The position numbers were made by a program, and so were the translations under genes. DNA of 64,000 bases from Pseudomonadota bacterium (GTDB taxonomy: Bacteria; Bdellovibrionota_C; UBA2361; OMII01). Location of the stretch: assembly GCA_038134595.1 (NCBI GenBank), contig JAYPVM010000005.1, positions 128,001-192,000 on the forward strand. Reading direction: 5' to 3'. The notes beneath the pieces were generated by a model. It saw nothing but the letters and a program-made list of their open reading frames with translations. It was not told the DNA's origin and did not search any database. This document shows positions 61,756 to 64,000 of this stretch, in pieces. Every line of letters starts with the position of its first letter. Within the stretch, counting starts at the first letter, position 1.

Positions 61756-63663
61756 CTAGCCCCTGAGCAGGTTGTCAAGTTGACTTTTTAGGGCCTTCAT
61801 ACGACCAAATGCCTCCGCCTGAGCTTCGGGATTATCCGCCGCCTCAACTACCTCAGCTTGAGAAGCTTTGATAAGAGACACCAAGCGTTCACGCTTAAAT
61901 CCGTCAAGGGTGCGTTGATACACCTCGCCCTGTTCCTCAGGCGAAGCCTCCATCATAGAATGCGCCTCCTTCCAAAGCCTTCTCCACTCGCTGCTAAGGC
62001 CCTGTAAATACAGCCTTATAGATTCTCTCACCCGCTCATTTTCCTCACGACAACCGTCAAGTATTTCGTGCAAACCCAGCAAGAATCGCAAAGACTCAGG
62101 CTGAAGGATCTCACAAATCTCAGGGTTATTTATGACCTCAGACATGACCTGAGAGCGCATCACCATAACCACCCTTAGAAGAGTAATATCCAATTTAGGC
62201 AAACTATAAGGCCCCCTGGCAACGCCTCCAGAATCTTGATTTTTTTTCTGATTCTTTTCTTGCTTTACCCCAACCTCACTTGTTTGCTCGCCGCCAGTGG
62301 GTCGAGATGAGGTCGTTGCGACTCCGTCGCCCTTTTGCGACACCAGTTCCTCCAACAAACGAATATCAACTTTAAGAGCTCTCGAGATTCTCGACAAGAG
62401 CGTTGTCAGAACCACTTTATGTCGAACCCCCCGTAATCCCTCGATAATTTCATCACATACTTTTCCTAGCCTGTTCGGGCCAAGTGGCTCTCCGGGGGTT
62501 TGCCCATGCTTACGAAGTATCCCTTCAACATACACATCTACTAAAAGCGCCGACGGGAGAGCCCGTAACGATTCCTTAGTTGCCTCACCGTGTTTTTTGG
62601 CAAAGTCATCTGGATCTTCTCCATTGGGCAGAAACGAAGCCGAAATATCAGTTTCGGCATTTCGACTCACTAAAAAGGACTTAGATGCGGCCGCGCGTCC
62701 AGCATCATCTCCATCAAACAATAACGTAACCCGATTGCAAATCCCTGAAAGCCTTTTGATATGCTGTTCAGTCATAGCAGTACCACAACACGCGATGACA
62801 TTCGTAACGCCTCGCATCGCAAGACCCAATACATCCATATATCCTTCGACGACGTAGGCGTGTTGTTCATTCCGAACGCTCATTAATGCTTGGGGCAAGC
62901 CGTAAAACAACTTGCTCTTCTGATACAGCGGTGTTTCTGGCGAATTTATGTACTTTGGAATTATCCTGTCTCCCTTTGATTCCATTACTCCAGGAATCAT
63001 TCTACCGCCAAAACCAGCGATGCGCTTAGCATCGATAAAGACCGGGAATATCAACCTGCCCCGAAAAAGTTCATATAGATCTCCGCGAGCGGTTCGACGG
63101 ATCAAACCGGTCAACAGAATCTCTTCTTCACTAAACCCACTCGACTTGAGAACATCAAGCAGCGCTCCTCTCTGAGTGGGGCAATATCCAATTCCAAACG
63201 TGTTGATAACATCAGCGGTTAGAGCCCGCTTTTTGAGGTATATACCGACCTGGGCAAATTCACCTTGTCCAGTCTTGACCTGTAATAAACTCCGACGAAA
63301 AAACTGTTGTGCCACCTGGCATATTGCGAATAGATGCTCTCGATTGACTCGTGGCGCCGAAGGTTTACCCGCCTCATATTCAAGCGAGATTCCAAAACGG
63401 CCCGCAAGCATCTCTACGGCGTCGGGAAAACTCATCGCTCGAGTTGCCATGACAAAGCTAATAACGTTCCCGGAGCTTCCACACCCAAAACAATGGTAGC
63501 TATTAGAGTGCTCTCTTACAAAGAACGAGGGAGAGCGTTCTGAATGGAAAGGACACAATCCTATAAAATTACTGCCTGACCTGCGCAACGCAACGGTCTC
63601 TGACACCACTTCCACGATACTCGCGGAATTCCTCACTTTTTCAATGCTTTGCTGCGTTATCAC
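61756..63663 (-). CDS. dnaG: DNA primase
   Basis: CPFH...CFGC zinc finger, KYINSPET, VEGYMD and FDGDDAG TOPRIM motifs. Confidence 0.97.
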   Translation of the reverse strand: MITQQSIEKVRNSASIVEVVSETVALRRSGSNFIGLCPFHSERSPSFFVREHSNSYHCFGCGSSGNVISFVMATRAMSFPDAVEMLAGRFGISLEYEAGKPSAPRVNREHLFAICQVAQQFFRRSLLQVKTGQGEFAQVGIYLKKRALTADVINTFGIGYCPTQRGALLDVLKSSGFSEEEILLTGLIRRTARGDLYELFRGRLIFPVFIDAKRIAGFGGRMIPGVMESKGDRIIPKYINSPETPLYQKSKLFYGLPQALMSVRNEQHAYVVEGYMDVLGLAMRGVTNVIACCGTAMTEQHIKRLSGICNRVTLLFDGDDAGRAAASKSFLVSRNAETDISASFLPNGEDPDDFAKKHGEATKESLRALPSALLVDVYVEGILRKHGQTPGEPLGPNRLGKVCDEIIEGLRGVRHKVVLTTLLSRISRALKVDIRLLEELVSQKGDGVATTSSRPTGGEQTSEVGVKQEKNQKKNQDSGGVARGPYSLPKLDITLLRVVMVMRSQVMSEVINNPEICEILQPESLRFLLGLHEILDGCREENERVRESIRLYLQGLSSEWRRLWKEAHSMMEASPEEQGEVYQRTLDGFKRERLVSLIKASQAEVVEAADNPEAQAEAFGRMKALKSQLDNLLRG

Positions 63664-63776
63664 AGTGGTACATTATCACATGCCCGTAGATTCTCAATTG
63701 AAAGAGCATCGGGTTGCTTCATTTTTGATCCCAAGTAGACCTACCGACAAAAACGGGTTCGCCATAACGCAAACAA

Positions 63777-64000
63777 CTAACCGGAAGTAGACTCTTCCTC
63801 CGAATAGGATACCGAGATTTCAATGATTTCATACTCCCTGGCACCTCCTGGCAATGGAACCTTTACCACATCACCAAGCTCTCTACCTATAAGGGCCTTG
63901 CCCAAAGGGGCTTCAAACGATATCCAACCCTTTGAAATATCAGTTTCTTCAGCGCCAAAAATACTCAGAATCCGCTCCTCTCCAGAATCAAGGTCTTCAA
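63777..64000 (-). CDS. greA: Transcription elongation factor GreA, 3' part (5' end outside the window)
   Basis: Read by hand: EDLDSGEERILSIFGAEETDISKGWISFEAPLGKALIGRELGDVVKVPLPGGAREYEIIEIS..., TAG at 63777; matches the GreA/GreB C-terminal domain. Confidence 0.88.
   Translation of the reverse strand, partial: EDLDSGEERILSIFGAEETDISKGWISFEAPLGKALIGRELGDVVKVPLPGGAREYEIIEISVSYSEEESTSG

Overview
Core-genome window of a Gram-negative bacterium, probably of the former 'Deltaproteobacteria' grade (Bdellovibrionota/Myxococcota-like; inferred from protein motifs, no search run). Left to right: 5' part of glmS; an orphan gene with a sigma54-type promoter; a PL1-like lyase; a Wzx/Wzy-type polysaccharide locus whose genes alternate strands; tRNA-Arg(UCG); an acyltransferase-ACP-adenylation fusion and a beta-CASP nuclease; the str-S10-spc ribosomal cluster (no rpsN, a terminator before secY, ending at adk); a 65-aa CxxC ORF; a partial complex I operon (nuoCDEGHJKLMN, without A, B, F, I) with a divergent winged-helix gene; type-2 ileS; acyl-CoA dehydrogenase; IclR regulator; dapB-dapA; a lipoprotein; rpoD with a ~250-aa basic N-terminal tail; dnaG; and the 3' end of greA. 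I saw no mobile element, CRISPR array or defence system. The most unusual signals are in the translation machinery: an EF-Tu with a rewritten switch-I region, an IleRS with HYGT in place of HIGH, TAG-dominated stops in r-protein genes, recurring (T)AGAGG ribosome-binding motifs, and tRNA-Arg(UCG). No single novel multi-gene system is proven from sequence alone.
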